This document shows, one piece after another, positions 36,006-49,610 of a DNA stretch of 64,000 bases. Made by a program: the position numbers and the translations under genes. Within the stretch, counting starts at the first letter, position 1; every line of letters starts with the position of its first letter. Below the pieces are notes generated by a model that did no database searches, was not told the origin of the DNA, and saw nothing but the letters and a program-made list of their open reading frames with translations. The stretch is from Hydrolagus colliei (taxonomy: Eukaryota), in contig CM068769.1 in assembly GCA_035084275.1 (NCBI GenBank), positions 930,001-994,000 on the forward strand, read 5' to 3'.

Positions 36006-36807
36006 AAATCGATGAGTTAACACAATTCTAACCACCTCCCCTTTGCTTCCTTTAGATACTGTCTCAATTAGATCGTCTCAATTGCGGACTGATTGCTCTG
36101 TTAACTCAGCTACAGGTCTCTCTCCATCAATTGTTGTTGAAATGGAGCTGACAATCAACAGCGACACAGAATTAGCTCAACACGACCTCACCTGCCGTAA
36201 AGGTTGCCAGCACTAGACAGACAGCAAGCAGCCTCATTGCTGCTCCTCAGCCTTCGCTGTTGTGTCTGTGACATGAGTGTGTTGATAGCCAGAAGAGATT
36301 GTCGACATTGGGGGAGCCCAAAGCCTCACATCAACTGATTGACATCTCAAACACCAATTGTTTGATACAGTGAAATGCACCAGTTAGTCTTGTGGTGTGG
36401 TAGGGTGTGTATATTTGAGGGGGAGGGGGGGGTGGAGGATGGAATCCTCACACTCTGCTCATGTGAACCATACAGTCAAATCATAGTATACGGGATGTTG
36501 ATCGTGATAATCATTCAATTTGATATAGTGCCTCACCGCATCTACTAGACGTGTCTCCAATCACTTCACGAAGTATATCATTAAGTAAGATGGCTGTTCA
36601 TTTTTTCGGTGAAATGCAGCAGCAAATTGCCCACATCACAGCGCTTTTCACCTCTTTTCGACGTCTCAAACCGATTCACGCAATCAGTATAATAGGGTAT
36701 GTGAGAGAAGCAATGTCAACCGTAACAGGAAACACCTGCGATATATAGTTACAGAAAAGCACATGGAAGTTATATCAGTTGCAGCTGATGTTATATGTGT
36801 GTTTAGT

Positions 36808-36821
36808 GCGCCACCTGTTCG
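36808..36821 (-). promoter_or_regulatory. Putative CTCF site (degenerate paralog)
   Basis: CGAACAGGTGGCGC with an upstream CTGCA; homologous position to 58902-58915. Confidence 0.35.
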
Positions 36822-38879
36822 CGGTGTGCAGCTACAGCAGGTTGACAATGGATATATTTGAAAGCAAATTGTTATTTTCTGTCTTCAATTCTCTCGTTCT
36901 TTCTCCTACCGTGGAAGAATATACCTTCGTCTCGTTTCCCTGCTTGTTCCTCATTTTCTCCAAGCTTTATCAGAACATTGGTCGCGAATTCAATCCACAA
37001 TCTCTTGTCGTATTCATGCTTATACAACCCCACCCCACATTCCGCAGACCACACCCAACTACTTAAGTTAATTATTTGACTATTGCCTGTACCTGTTTAT
37101 ATCATTTGATAGAACATTGAGTTGATATTGGTCATGTTACAGTATCGCAACAACAAATATACATCTATAAAGCGTTATTCACAATGGGGGGAGTTGCAAA
37201 GTCACTATATTCACTCGGCAGATTATTTATTTGAATACTAAAATGTGCAAATTATTTTCATTATACAGTACTGATTTACATGAAGAATACAAATGGTGTC
37301 CTCTCTTTGCCGCATCGCCGATAGGTAGCATCGTGTGTTTAGTGTGCACTTTGATTCCAGGCGTTAATTGAACCAGTTATACGTGGACAACGTGACTGAG
37401 TTAATCAATAATCCAAGTCTCGTAAGGAGAGCATTCCGAACCTCATGTTTTTGACAGAAGACACAGCAGTGAACCACAATGTGCTTGCGAGTCACATTGA
37501 TGTTACAGCGTTAGATACAGCCAAACCTGAAGCGATGAACGTGTTTTGTTAGTGAATAAAACTGTGCCCTAAAGCTTTGCAAGTTTCCGACTAAATCCAT
37601 CTCCATTTCCCCCTCCCCTCATCCCACACCAATTACATCTCCTAATATTCGCCTTTAAAATCTTCCAATACGACAGCTCCTCTTGTCACACGACAGTTCT
37701 GGAACAAGCTCCGTCACTGATAATCACTGTTGAACACTGTCCAGCACGAAATGCGCTTAATGGAACAGGATAAGTCCATTCAACCCCCTGCAGATAGTTC
37801 GGAGATTCTATTACATAATTATCACCATCTCCCCCATACTCGACCAAATACATTCGCTCCCAATCATCCAGATGATCCAATTCAAGATAATGGTCATCGC
37901 GTTTAAAGCCCTTCACAACCTCTCCACACCCTACATCTGTGAATTGTAACACATTATAATTCTGCTTGCCCTCTCCGCTCAGCAGATTCTAGCCTGCTCA
38001 TCGTCCCCCGACCAACCTGTCCAAAGAAAGGCGAATGGGCGATCCTTCAGCCCATCTGCAGCAAACTCTGGAACTCCATCCAGCAGTCCCTCCGCTTCGT
38101 CCCCTCCCTGACCTCCTTGAAGTCCCGCCTCAAGACTCTCCCCTTTCGATGGTCCCATCATCAACGACTAATCTCCCACTTCCCAGCACCTCACCACCCC
38201 AACCCCACATCCCCGTGGAATGGATACATCAAGTACAGCCTTCTGGGGAAAACGGCTCCAGATTTCACTACTCTTTGTTTGAAATAAATGCGTCCAGACT
38301 TGTCTGGCAAACGATTGCCTCCGCCTCGCCCTGGTACGCCTTCGATTGCCCCTGATGCCCTAATCCCTGCCCACCACTGTCCTCATCTTGGCAATGAAGC
38401 AACAACTGTCCAGCGACTTGGAGTGTCCCCTTTACACAAAAGGCATTAACTAAATGTATGTTTCTTGTTGTTGTTTAATACTCCCTCCATTCACAAGTGG
38501 AAATTTTCCCTGACACCGCAGGACGCAATTTATATCTAAGCGATATAAACATATATTAATGATTTTTATGTGTACCTACTTTGTGATTCACCGCAGAAAA
38601 GCACGTGCATGTGGCAGTGCTCTCCAGTTTGTTGTTGATTGTACAACAGTCTTATGCTCAAACAGTTATTATTATTTGATTAAGGGATGATTTTCCCAAA
38701 CAAATAACAAGTCAATCGACATCCAAGCGGGTTCCTAGTTACCGCGAGGCAAAAAGAGGCGTGTGGGTAAAATAAAGAAGGTACATGTACAGTACAGAAT
38801 GTTTTGCTCTGCAATGAATGGAACCCATGTGCTTGCAAAGCGAATGCTGTAACCACTGAGCTGCAGGCCTCAGCATGTG

Positions 38880-39603
38880 GGTTTTTGTACGGCAGGAACA
38901 CTGATCTGTTCCTCTGTGGGGCTCAGCGCACAGTAGTACACAGCAGAGTCTGTCACTGTCACTATGGATATATTCAATGGCACGGTTCCCCGCGCTTTAT
39001 CCAAATTCTTTGAGAAACGTTTTTGTTTCTGCAGGAATTCTGCAGGATATTGCTTGTTGTTGCTGGTGTATACGTAAACGATATATTCTGGAGGTGTGTT
39101 GTGATAGTGACGGTACCAGAACATAAATGGATCGTCTCTGCTTGTGGCTGTACAATTACACAGCAGATAGGCAAATTCTCCTTCATTCACTGTCACAGTA
39201 GATTGGAGCTGTGTCACAGAGTCTCCTCCACAAAGCCCTGGAAACCGGAAACCCATAATCATTCAATAAAACAGCAACAATTCCAATCGTCCTCTTTTGT
39301 TTCATACGGCGATTTATTAAATCGTTGGTACGTCTCCATTCAATTCACAGAATAAAATTTGCAAAATCAATACAGTTTGTGATACGATTCTCCCTGTCCT
39401 GCCAGGGAATCGATTCGGCCGTGAAGCCAGTCCTATAAACACTGAAATAATGAACACTCCAAATCCTGAAGCTCTTTTCCTATTATTATATAGCTTATGC
39501 GATAAAACATAGGCATTGGATAATACATTCGGAAAGAAATACAGATAGAATGCTTACCTGACAAGGTGATGAAGACTACTGCCGCATAGATATACATTGC
39601 CAT
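38880..39603 (-). CDS. Open TCR alpha/delta-type V segment (family 2); leader 39558-39603, V exon 38919-39237, RSS 38880-38918
   Basis: MAMYIYAAVVFITLS-GLCGGDSVTQ...LLCNC...FWYRHY...DSAVYYCALS; GT-AG intron in phase; CACAGAG, 23 nt, ACAAAAACC. Confidence 0.92.
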
Positions 39604-39900
39604 GTGTACTTAATGGTACGCTTTGCGGGAAGAGTGTTGATAGTGTAGTTGGAGAATGTTGTCTGGGAGGCAGTAAGGCCTTGTGAGGAGGGCTGAACAG
39701 TGAATGACAGAACAGTGAATTGCCATATACTGCGAGAGAGCTTGTCTGAGGTTTACTTATAACAACGTTTGTTTATGTCACTCAGCGTCATTTGTTCTGC
39801 TCTGCGCTCTCGCTCATCCATTGGTTGTCGTCCAACACTGACATGTCTTTGATCAACCTGGTGCCTCAAACATGCAGCAAGTTCCACCCAAAATCCAATT

Positions 39901-41340
39901 TCAAGTCGTCCAAATACATACATGATATTCGAAGAGGAAAGTCTTCAAATCGGCCTTGAAAGAGGAAAGGGAAGAGGCGAAACGGAGGGATTGAGGGATG
40001 GCATTCCATAATGTGGGAGCGGAGAAACTGAAGGCCCGGCTTCCGATGGTGGGGCGGTTCGGGCGGGGGGCTTGGAGCAGGCTAAGTCCTGTTGAACGGA
40101 GGGTCCGGGTGGGCGTGTAGGGGGAGATTAGATCGGTTAGGTAGGATGGGGCAAGGCCGTGTAAGGTCTTGTAGGTGAGGATGAGGATATTAAATTCGAT
40201 GCTCTGGAGGATGGGGAGCCAGTGGAGACGGGCGAGGGAGGGAGTTATGTGGTCACGGAGGCGGGTGCGGGATAGTACACTGGCTGCAGAGTTTTGGATG
40301 GCCTGCAGCCTATGAATGGAGGAACTGGGGAGGCCGACTAGGAGAGAATTTCCGTAATCCAGCCGTGAGGTGATGTAAGCATGCACAAGTGTAGTGGCAG
40401 CGCGGGGGGTAAGATACTTGCGGAGCCTGGCAATGTTGCGCAGATGGAAATAGGCGGTGCCGGTCAAGGCGCGGATGTGGGGAGGAAGGAAAGTTTTTGA
40501 TCGAACATGATGCCGAGTTTCTTGATTGGCTTTGTGAGGTGGAGAGTGCAGCCTTGGATGTTGAGGCTGGCAGCGCCCGATGTGCGGAGGCGCTGGCTTG
40601 AGCCAATCAGGAGGGCCTCGGTCTTATTCACGTTCAATTGCAAAAAGTTGTCCCTCGTCCACGATTCGATGTCGGACAGACATGCTGTCAGAACATCGAT
40701 CGTCTGGGGGTTGAGGGATGAGGCAGACAGGTACAAATGGGTACCATCCGCATACATGTGAAAATTTACCCCATGGCTGCGGATGACGTCGCACAGGGGA
40801 GCGTGTAAAGGGTGAAAAGAAGGAGACAGAGGACAGAGCCCTGAGGGACGCCGTGGGAAACTGTGCGTGGGTTTGAAGAAAAGCCATTGGAAGAAACAAA
40901 ATGTAAACGGTGGGTCAAATAAGAATGGAACCATTCAAGGACTGTGCCTTGAAGGTTGAGGTGGGAGGAAAGACGTTGAAGGAGGATGGTGTGATCGACT
41001 GTGTCGAACGCAGCAGACAGGTCAAGAAGGACGAGGAGGCAGAGGGAGCCCTGGTCCCAGGGGGTTAGAATGTCATTTGTGACCTTAACCAGGGCAGTTT
41101 CTGTACTTTGGATAGGGCGGAAATCTGATTGGAGGGGTTCAAGAAGTGAATGATTTGAAAGGAAAGAGCGGAGCTGGGAGGCAACCACTCTTTCAAGGAC
41201 CATGGATAGAAACGGGAGGTTGGAGATGGGTCGATAACTTGATGGTTGCGACCCATCAAGGGAGGGTTTCTTCAGGATAAACAGTTTCTCTGTTCCCCTT
41301 TTGTCAGATACTATTTTAACATTCGTTGCGCTCATGATAA
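39901..41340 (-). mobile_element. L2 LINE ORF2 (RT) fragment, frameshifted
   Basis: LLDLSAAFDTVDH, GVPQGSVL, YADG and the C-terminal SRLDYGNSLL/LHWLPI motifs across three overlapping ORFs. Confidence 0.92.
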
Positions 41341-41499
41341 TGTGATCTCTTTGTACATGTCATTTGCCTCTTCGCTGTAACCATTCTACTAAGTCGCCTT
41401 TCAATAATGTCCAAGATTTTAATATCCTTCTTACCCTGTCAAAAAAAGACACTAGAGAGCCGCATTTCACCTAAGCCATACCGTTTCTCTAATAAAAAT

Positions 41500-41860
41500 A
41501 CTTGCATTTGTTATAGCGCTTTTTATGTATTCTAGCCGCCTCAAAAATCTTGAAAGAATATACTGTAAAGTGAATTGACTATATGTGGAGACGAAACGCG
41601 GCTCCCGAATAATAATAATAGTATTACCATTATTTTGATATTGCGCTTTTCACAACTTATCGACGTCTCAAAGCGCTTCGCAGAATACACTGTGAGGTGG
41701 AATGGTTGTATATTTTTGGGACAAACGCTGCAGCCAATTACCCACAGCAGCGTCCCCCACAAACAGTCGTGGATTGGAATGAACAATTTATATTGCGGGT
41801 TTTTTGGACGGATTAGTATTAGGCGTATGGTGTAAAGTAACTTGCCCAGGGTTTCGCACT
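41500..41860 (-). mobile_element. tRNA-derived SINE
   Basis: Reverse of the family body and tail. Confidence 0.7.
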
Positions 41861-42438
41861 AATCCTTTTAGATACGTACACATGTCTCATCCTTGTAAGT
41901 GATTGTGATATCCATTGAGCTATAATCCACAATAAAATAGCATTCTTAAAGTATTCCATACATCTCAAAGCACATCACGAACCACACCGCAAGTCTAGTT
42001 GAATTTATTGTTGATTAAAAGTGTTCCAGAAATTTGCTTTGAGATTTCTCAAAAAGGCCAAATGCAAATATTATTATCAGTATTGTTGTCATCTCTGAAA
42101 ACACAACAATTTATTTAACGGTTGTTTGACCGATTCTATACTTGTTTGCTGTAGCAGATTGCCCCCATTGAAGCCTTGGTTGTCTGTGATTATGGGAATG
42201 TTTAGCAGAGATTCAAATGTCAGTGTACACAGTTAAATCTGTTGAGTTAAAGTTGAGTGAAATGGAATTCCCCTCTCTAAATGTCGTTACACTAACATCG
42301 CTGCTGGACGAGTTGAATGGTGTCACTGGCTTGTTTCCAATATCAGTCGTCTCTCAGTCATTTGTGTTAGAAGAAAACTGCTTTCCTTAAAGAATTGTAA
42401 ATCATTGCTTGAATATATTTCTTTGTCTCTTTGCCTCT

Positions 42439-42931
42439 NNNNNNNNNNNNNNNNNNNNNNNNNNNNNNNNNNNNNNNNNNNNNNNNNNNNNNNNNNNNNN
42501 NNNNNNNNNNNNNNNNNNNNNNNNNNNNNNNNNNNNNNNNNNNNNNNNNNNNNNNNNNNNNNNNNNNNNNNNNNNNNNNNNNNNNNNNNNNNNNNNNNNN
42601 NNNNNNNNNNNNNNNNNNNNNNNNNNNNNNNNNNNNNNNNNNNNNNNNNNNNNNNNNNNNNNNNNNNNNNNNNNNNNNNNNNNNNNNNNNNNNNNNNNNN
42701 NNNNNNNNNNNNNNNNNNNNNNNNNNNNNNNNNNNNNNNNNNNNNNNNNNNNNNNNNNNNNNNNNNNNNNNNNNNNNNNNNNNNNNNNNNNNNNNNNNNN
42801 NNNNNNNNNNNNNNNNNNNNNNNNNNNNNNNNNNNNNNNNNNNNNNNNNNNNNNNNNNNNNNNNNNNNNNNNNNNNNNNNNNNNNNNNNNNNNNNNNNNN
42901 NNNNNNNNNNNNNNNNNNNNNNNNNNNNNNN
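42439..42931. other. Assembly gap (493 N)
   Basis: Run of n characters; the ORFs with X residues are artefacts. Confidence 1.
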
Positions 42932-44189
42932 TTGGCTTCATTCCTTCTTTCCTTCTTTCTTTCCTACCTTATTTCCAACCTTCTTTCGTTTCTTTCCTTC
43001 ATTCTTTCTTTATTCCCCTCTCTCACTCCACTACCCTCCCTCACTCTACCCCTCTTTGTTTCTCTCTATTACACTTTAGGTTAGTGTTACAACGTTCAAT
43101 TCTTTACATGTTGGCAAAATACGCTGGCGATGTTCAATATCTATTTGCTTTTTGATGTAGAACAAAATAAGTTTCAGCTGGAACACGCAACGTAAATGGA
43201 GAGACGAAAGTGAGTGAACGTTTCAAGCTGTTGACTTGTATTCAGACAAGGTGGTGTTTGAATTAAACTGTTTCTAGCACACTTCATAATGAATCCAATT
43301 AATTTCCCAGAAAAGTTGACTTGTCGAGACAAATTAGGGGAAGAACATTTGAAATACGCTATTGCAACTAACATATATTGGGTTAGTTAGTTACCTAGTG
43401 TACCCTCAACTTGTCCTCTGGTCTTGCTGCTTTGGAAATCATTTCCAGAAATATTCACCGACTTTATAAAACAATGAAATACGCGTAGTTCAGCAAAGAA
43501 ACAAGTCTCATTGTGGGAGCTGTACAATTGTTTGAAAATCGCGCACATACGTTTCAGGCTTCAGAAGTGGATTGTTGAATTGACAAAGTTGCAAAAAACT
43601 GGGAGTAGTCTGTTAGAATAATGCATTTTAGAAATTTAACAAAATCAATAAATAAATGAATAAAGTTTTATTTTAAGTTGACATAAATTATCCACACTTA
43701 CTTTTTGTTACCATGACTTTGGTTCCTGATCCATCTAAATTATTTGGCTTATAAGACCAGAGTCGCACAGCTCTCGTTATGCAAGGTGCAAAAACTAATC
43801 TATCTGATTATGATTGAATAATGCCACAAACTGGAACTAAATGTTAACAAGTTGGTTAATAGTTTCTGCATCTCTGCCACTGTCTCGTCAACCTACATTC
43901 ATTTCTTCCAAATCTGGTCTAATTTCAAGATAATGTCCACCCAACACGAACAAATTCCCTCGCCCAGAAAACATCTTTCAGTAACTAATTATAGAATTTT
44001 CTACTTGAAAAGGCTAACTCGGAAAGCAAACATCTGACAAATTTAGCGTAATAAAAGCAGATACAATAATTATTGTTCATGTACAATGTATTTCCATGTA
44101 AATAGCTACCCGGTTTTTATCTTGATTGATTCCAATGTGCCTTCCCATCAACTTACCAGAGTAGTTCCTGTCAACACAAATATATTGCG

Positions 44190-44720
44190 ATCAATGCTGG
44201 ACTGTCCAGCGCTTTGGTTCGTCCTCCCGAAGTGAAATTTTCTTCAGCGGATGCGCGGACCGGTTTTCAGTTTCTCCGCTCCCACTCTCTTGAACTCCAT
44301 CACATAATCCCATCGCCTCGCTTCCACCCTTGAGTGTTTGAAGGCCGGTCTCAAGACCCTCCGCTTCGATCGTGCATTCTGCGGCCCTCTCAACTCTGTC
44401 AACCTGCGCCTCCCAACTCTCTCCCATCTGCTTCCAGTTCTCTCGCCCTGTTCGTCCAAATCTCTCCCGCTCCACTTATTCCCCATCGCTCTCGCCTACC
44501 AACTCTCTCCCCCTCCATACAACTCTCTCACTACACTCCCAATTGTCCCTATGCCACTTCTCTCCCCTCCCTAACAAATCTATCCCTACCCTCACCACTC
44601 TCTCCCACTCATCCCCAAATCTCTCCCTCCCCTCCCAACTCTCTCCATTCTCTCCCAACTGTCCACCGCCGCATTCGGATGTCCCATTGAAGTGAAATGC
44701 GCTCTATAAAGGTAATTTTG
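44190..44720 (+). mobile_element. L2 LINE 3' fragment plus CT-rich tract
   Basis: L2 tail (...aaggccggtctcaagaccctccgcttcgatcgtgcatt); duplicated at about 46830-47190. Confidence 0.65.
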
Positions 44721-46163
44721 GTATTGTTGTTGCTTTATCCTAATATTAGCAGCAGTGCATGATAATGATAAGAACATTAATGCTTTGATTTATCGTATCG
44801 CCATATCAAATCTTTGATTTGATTCACAATACCTCAAAGAATATATAATATTCTTATTTCACTACATCTTGTCTGGAAATGTGGCAACCGACAGAGTACT
44901 GGTGTTCCACAAGCAGACGTACATTTTGACATTTACGCTTTTGTATGGCCTTGCGTTCGATATAGTGCTTTTCGCAACCTCTAGACACCTCAAAGCGCTT
45001 CACAGTGTATATTGTCAAGTGAGATGACGGTATATTTGTCGGCGAAACGCAGTAGTGAATTGCACAGAGCAGCGTCCCCACAAACAGTCGTGGTTTCAAT
45101 TGATCGAATTTATTTTTCTGATTTTTAACTAGTTACTGAATCTTCCTGAATAGCAACCGGCTGAACGACTACCAAACGGTGGTCACTTAATGCAAGGCAA
45201 CAAGAGTAATTTGCAAGATGCAAATTTGCCCAACGTTTATTACTGATAGTTGTCAAACTAGAGGTCTTCTTTCCGAAAAGTTTCTGCCACAAATAGGTCA
45301 ATTCTCTTTACAGTATATTGTGTGAAGCGCTCTGAGACATCGGCAAGATGCGCAAAGCGATACATCAAAAATGCAAGGATTATTATTATTATTCTATTAC
45401 CATAACCTTGCCTCCAGTTCCATTCTATACATATGCTGCCTGCTCTGGTGAGTGTTCCCAGTGATCTAAGTATTTGTTCCCGTTTAATTTATGTTTCACT
45501 GACAAAGCATTACATTCAACACATTGTGCCATTGAAGTTAATACAATTAACATCCAATGGGACAAGTGGCTCGAAAATATTTTACTAGAAGCAAAGCAAT
45601 TGAGAAAATGAGACAAATCATATAGCTACACATGATACTGTGTGATATCTAGATGTGCTGGACAAGATATAGTATAATGTGTATTGACTGTTTCTGTCTG
45701 CCAACACGCACTTAACTCACTTTACAGTGTATTCAATGAAATACGTTGAGACGTCGAGCAACAACAACCACAAGATTAAATTCATATAAGGCCTTTCATG
45801 TCAGGAAAACGTCCCAAGGCGCTGGTCATTTATTGCTTCACACGTGAGCTGAGGAAGGAGTGGGGATTGAGGCGGAGGAGCTGTTACCGATGGTTGCATT
45901 GAAGAGTAGAATCTTGGGGTGAGACACGAATGAGGCCAGGGACATAAGATTAAGTGCCCATACCAAAATTAAAGATTAGTATTTCTATTAGTTCCTCCAA
46001 TCCTTCCCTATATGTATCATTCTATCACTTTTTAGCTTGTGGTTTGGAAATATTGTCTCATGTATCCTGTGAGAGACAGAGAAGCAAATTTACAAGCAGT
46101 CAAATAGATCAACTGACAGGAATGACAACTGTGCTGCGATTATACCATTAACTCCTCTTTGTA

Positions 46164-46651
46164 GGTTTATGTACGGTGGAGTAGCCTGAAGGTAACACTG
46201 TGCGAGTGATCCCACAATAGTATGTGGCTGAATCAGATGGAGCCGCAGCCAGCACAGCTACAGTGCATGTCTTGCTTCTCGTGTCCAAACTAGTGGTGAA
46301 ATGATATTTTGCAAATTCAGCTCTGAAAGTGTCCCCATCATGATCCTGTCTCAGTGTGTACAGAGGAGGCTGCCCTGGATACTGTCTGTACCAGTACATT
46401 CAAGCACCGATCAAACCAGCAGAGTAGGTCCATCTGAGGGTCACCGTCTGGCCATCAGTGACAGACACTTCCATCTTTGATGGTTCAACATTGTCTCCAT
46501 TCGCTGTCGCTGTAGCCAGAGAGAACAAGTTATTCACTCTAACGCACATACCAGAGATAACAATCCAAATTGTCTTCGGATCGAGAGTAAATTACTTACA
46601 TAAAAGGATTAATAACATTGAAATATGCAAAGCAATGTGTTTACTCTCCAT
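46164..46651 (-). pseudogene. TCR V pseudogene (family 3); leader 46600-46651, V exon 46203-46509
   Basis: MESKHIALHISMLLILL-STANGDNVEPS...TVTLRWTYSAGLIGA*MYWYRQYP...SDSATYYCGITR; CACAGTG, 23 nt, ACATAAACC. First Cys is Trp; one stop. Confidence 0.9.
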
Positions 46652-48635
46652 GTTTCCAAGTGAGCAATTAATTCGATGGGAGCTTTTTGAGATGAGAGAT
46701 TGTGTACTGGATTGTGACTCAAAGCAGAGTGAGGAGCAGTGTGGACCACAGCACTGATGGATACGCCTCTGTGCCAGTTGACTATAGTTTCAACCCCCAC
46801 CACCGGATTTGTGAAACCTAAATAGACAGATGACGCTTCGATCGTGGTTTCTGCGGCCCTCTCAACTCTTTACACCTGCGCTTCCCAACTCTCTCCCCTC
46901 TTCTTCCAGCTCACTCACCTTCCTTTTCCAAATCTCTCCCCCTCCCCTTACAATTCCCTCCCTCTCGACTCCCAACTCTCTCTCTCCCTCCACTCAACTC
47001 TTTCTCTCCACTCCGAACTATCGCCCTCCCACTTCTCCCCCTCACTCAAAAATCTCTCCCTACCATCACATCTCTCTCCCCCTCACCCCCAAATCTCTCG
47101 CTCCCCTCGCAACTCTCTCACTTCTCTCTCAACTGTCCAACACCGCATTTGCATGTGCCCTAGACGTGAAATATGTTCTATGAATGTAATTTTATTACTG
47201 TTGTTGCTTTATCCTAATATTGACAGCAGTGCATGATCATCATAACAACATTAATGCTTTCATGTATCTTTTCGCCATATCACATCTTTGATTTGATTCA
47301 CAGTACCTCACAGAATATATCATAATTTTATTTCACTACATTTTGTCTGGAAATCTGGCAACCGGCAGAGTACTGGTGTTCCACAAGCAGTCGTAGATCT
47401 TGTCATTTAATCATTTGTATGGGAGTACATGGCTTGTGTTCGATACAGCGCTTTTAACATCTTCTCATAAACTTCTCAAAGCGCTTCACAGAGTATACTT
47501 TAAAGTGAATTGACGGTATATTTGTAGGCGAAACGCAGCAGTCAATTGCACAAAGCAGAGTCCACACAAAGATACGTGGATTGAATTGACCGATTTCATT
47601 ATTGTGGTTTTTAACTAGTTTCTAAATCTTGCTGAAAAGTAACCGGCTGATCGACTATCAACCAGCGGTCATTTAATGCATGGCAACAAGAGTAATTTGG
47701 AAGATGCAAATTTGCGCAAATTTTATTACTGATAGTTATCAAACCAGAGGTATTCTCTCTGAATATTTCGCTTACCAATAGGTCAATTCTCTTTACAGTA
47801 TATCCTGTGAAGCGCTCTGAAATGTCGTCAAAATGTAAAAAGCGATACATCAAAAATGCAAGTATTATTATTATATTATCATAACCTTGCCTCACTTTCC
47901 ACTCTACACAGATACTACGTGAGCTGTTGGATATTCCCAGCGATCTCCGTATTTTTTCCCGTTTAAATTATGTTTCGCTGACAAAGCATTAAAGTCAACA
48001 CAATGTGTCGTTGAAGTTTGTACAATTAACAATCATTTGGACCAGCGACTCGAAATTATTTTGCCAAAAGCAAAGCAGTTGAGAAAATGACACATCTCAA
48101 AAAAGTGTCACATGATACTATGTGATATCGAAAAGTGCTGGACAAGATATAGTGTAATATATGTTGACTGTTTCTATCTGGCGACTCGCAGATAACTCAA
48201 TTTACAGTATATTAACTGAAACATGTTGAGACGTCGAGCAACAACAACCAAATTACACATGTACAGCGTATTTCACCTCAGGAGAAATTCCCAAGTCTCT
48301 GAACAGTTGCTGCTTTAGATACGAGCTGACGAAGGGGTGGGAAGGGGGGAGCATAGGAGGTGTTACCGATGGGACTATCGAAGAGGAGAGTCTTGGAGTA
48401 AGACTCCAATGAGATGCGGTCATGCACTCTTACCAAAATTAAAGATTAGTTTTGCTCTTGTTTCCTCTAAGCTTTCCCGATATATAACATTCTATCACTT
48501 TTTCGCTTGTGGTTCGGAAATTTAGTCACGTGTTTCCTGTGAGGGACAGACCAGCAAATTTACAAGTAGTGAAACAGGTCAATTGTCAGTAATGACATCT
48601 GTGCTGTGATTAAACCCATTAAATCCTCTTTGTAG

Positions 48636-49610
48636 TTTTTATGTGCGGTGGCGTAGCCTGAAGGTAACACTGTGCGAGTGATCACACAATAGTATGTGGC
48701 TGAATGAGCTAGAGCCACGGCCAGCACAGTTACACTGGATGACTTGCTGTTCATGTCCAAACTCGTGGTGAAAAGACCTTCAGCAAATTCAGCTCTGAAA
48801 GTGGCCCTATCATAATCATGTCTCAAAGTGTAAAGAAGAGGCTCTCCTGGATAGTGACGGTACCAGTACATCAGAACATTGGTGAAAACAGCAGATTATG
48901 TCCATCTCAGGGTAACAGTCTGGACTTCACTGACAGACACTTCCCTCTGTGATGGTTCAACAACATCGCGATTCGCTGTCGCTGTAGCCAGGAAAAATAC
49001 GTTACGACCAAAAAAAAAAATTCTACATTGATCTAACGCCATTCACGTCAGTAGGACGTCCCAAGGCGCTGAATCGATAGGCCGGGACCCGAGCGGGATG
49101 GAGTGGTGTGATGGTTCAGTGTAGTGGGAATGAAAGTAATCGAGCGGGGAGAGTAAGGAGGGGAGCACAAGGCACATTCGACGAGGAAATTCTTGAGACC
49201 GGTCTTGAAGTAGGAACGGGAGGAAGTGAGGCCAAAGGATTGCGTGTTGAAATTCCACAGTTTGGTGGCAGAGAGCCTGAAAGCCTTTCCACCGCAGGTA
49301 GGGCGATTCGGGCCGGAACTTGGAGCAGCCCAGAGCCCGCTGAATGGAGGAGACGAGTAGGTTCGCAGGGAGACAGCAGGTCGGAGTGAAAGGCAGGTGC
49401 ACGTTTGTGAATGGCCTTGAAAGTGAGGATGATGATCTTGAATTTGACCCTCTGGGTGATGGGGTGCCAGTGGAGACGGGCAAAGGTGAGAGTGATGTGA
49501 TTGCAAACACCAGAAATACATCCAGAATTTGTTTCAATAGCGAGAGTAGGTTGCGTACATACAAGGACCAATAACATTGAAATGAGCAAAGCAATGTTTT
49601 TATTCTCCAT
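48636..49610 (-). pseudogene. TCR V pseudogene (family 3); leader 49559-49610, V exon 48675-48981, L2 in the intron
   Basis: TVTLRWT* stop, then MYWYRHYP...SATYYCVITR; CACAGTG, 23 nt, ACATAAAAA. Confidence 0.9.
49040..49505 (-). mobile_element. L2 LINE 3' fragment in a V intron
   Basis: LHWHPITQRVKFKIIILTFK is the L2 ORF2 C-terminus, followed by the tail. Confidence 0.85.

Larger units (their letters stand above)
28347..36237 (-). pseudogene. TCR alpha/delta-type V (family 1) split by ERV-B; leader 36192-36237, V exon 35740-35560 plus 28482-28347
   Basis: Removing the provirus and one TTGC copy gives an open frame: MRLLAVCLVLATFTA-ELCVADSVSQKAANDVKKEGDTDDLVCTYSTTASNYYLYWYRNYPDKHPEFIVRRYSGGGN|QVKGTGFGNRFSAQLQTFSFSTSLSIAELLVSDSAVYYCAFSL. 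Confidence 0.93.

Noticed and set aside
42402-43155. Long ORFs of 179-248 aa
   Set aside because: Artefacts of the N gap.
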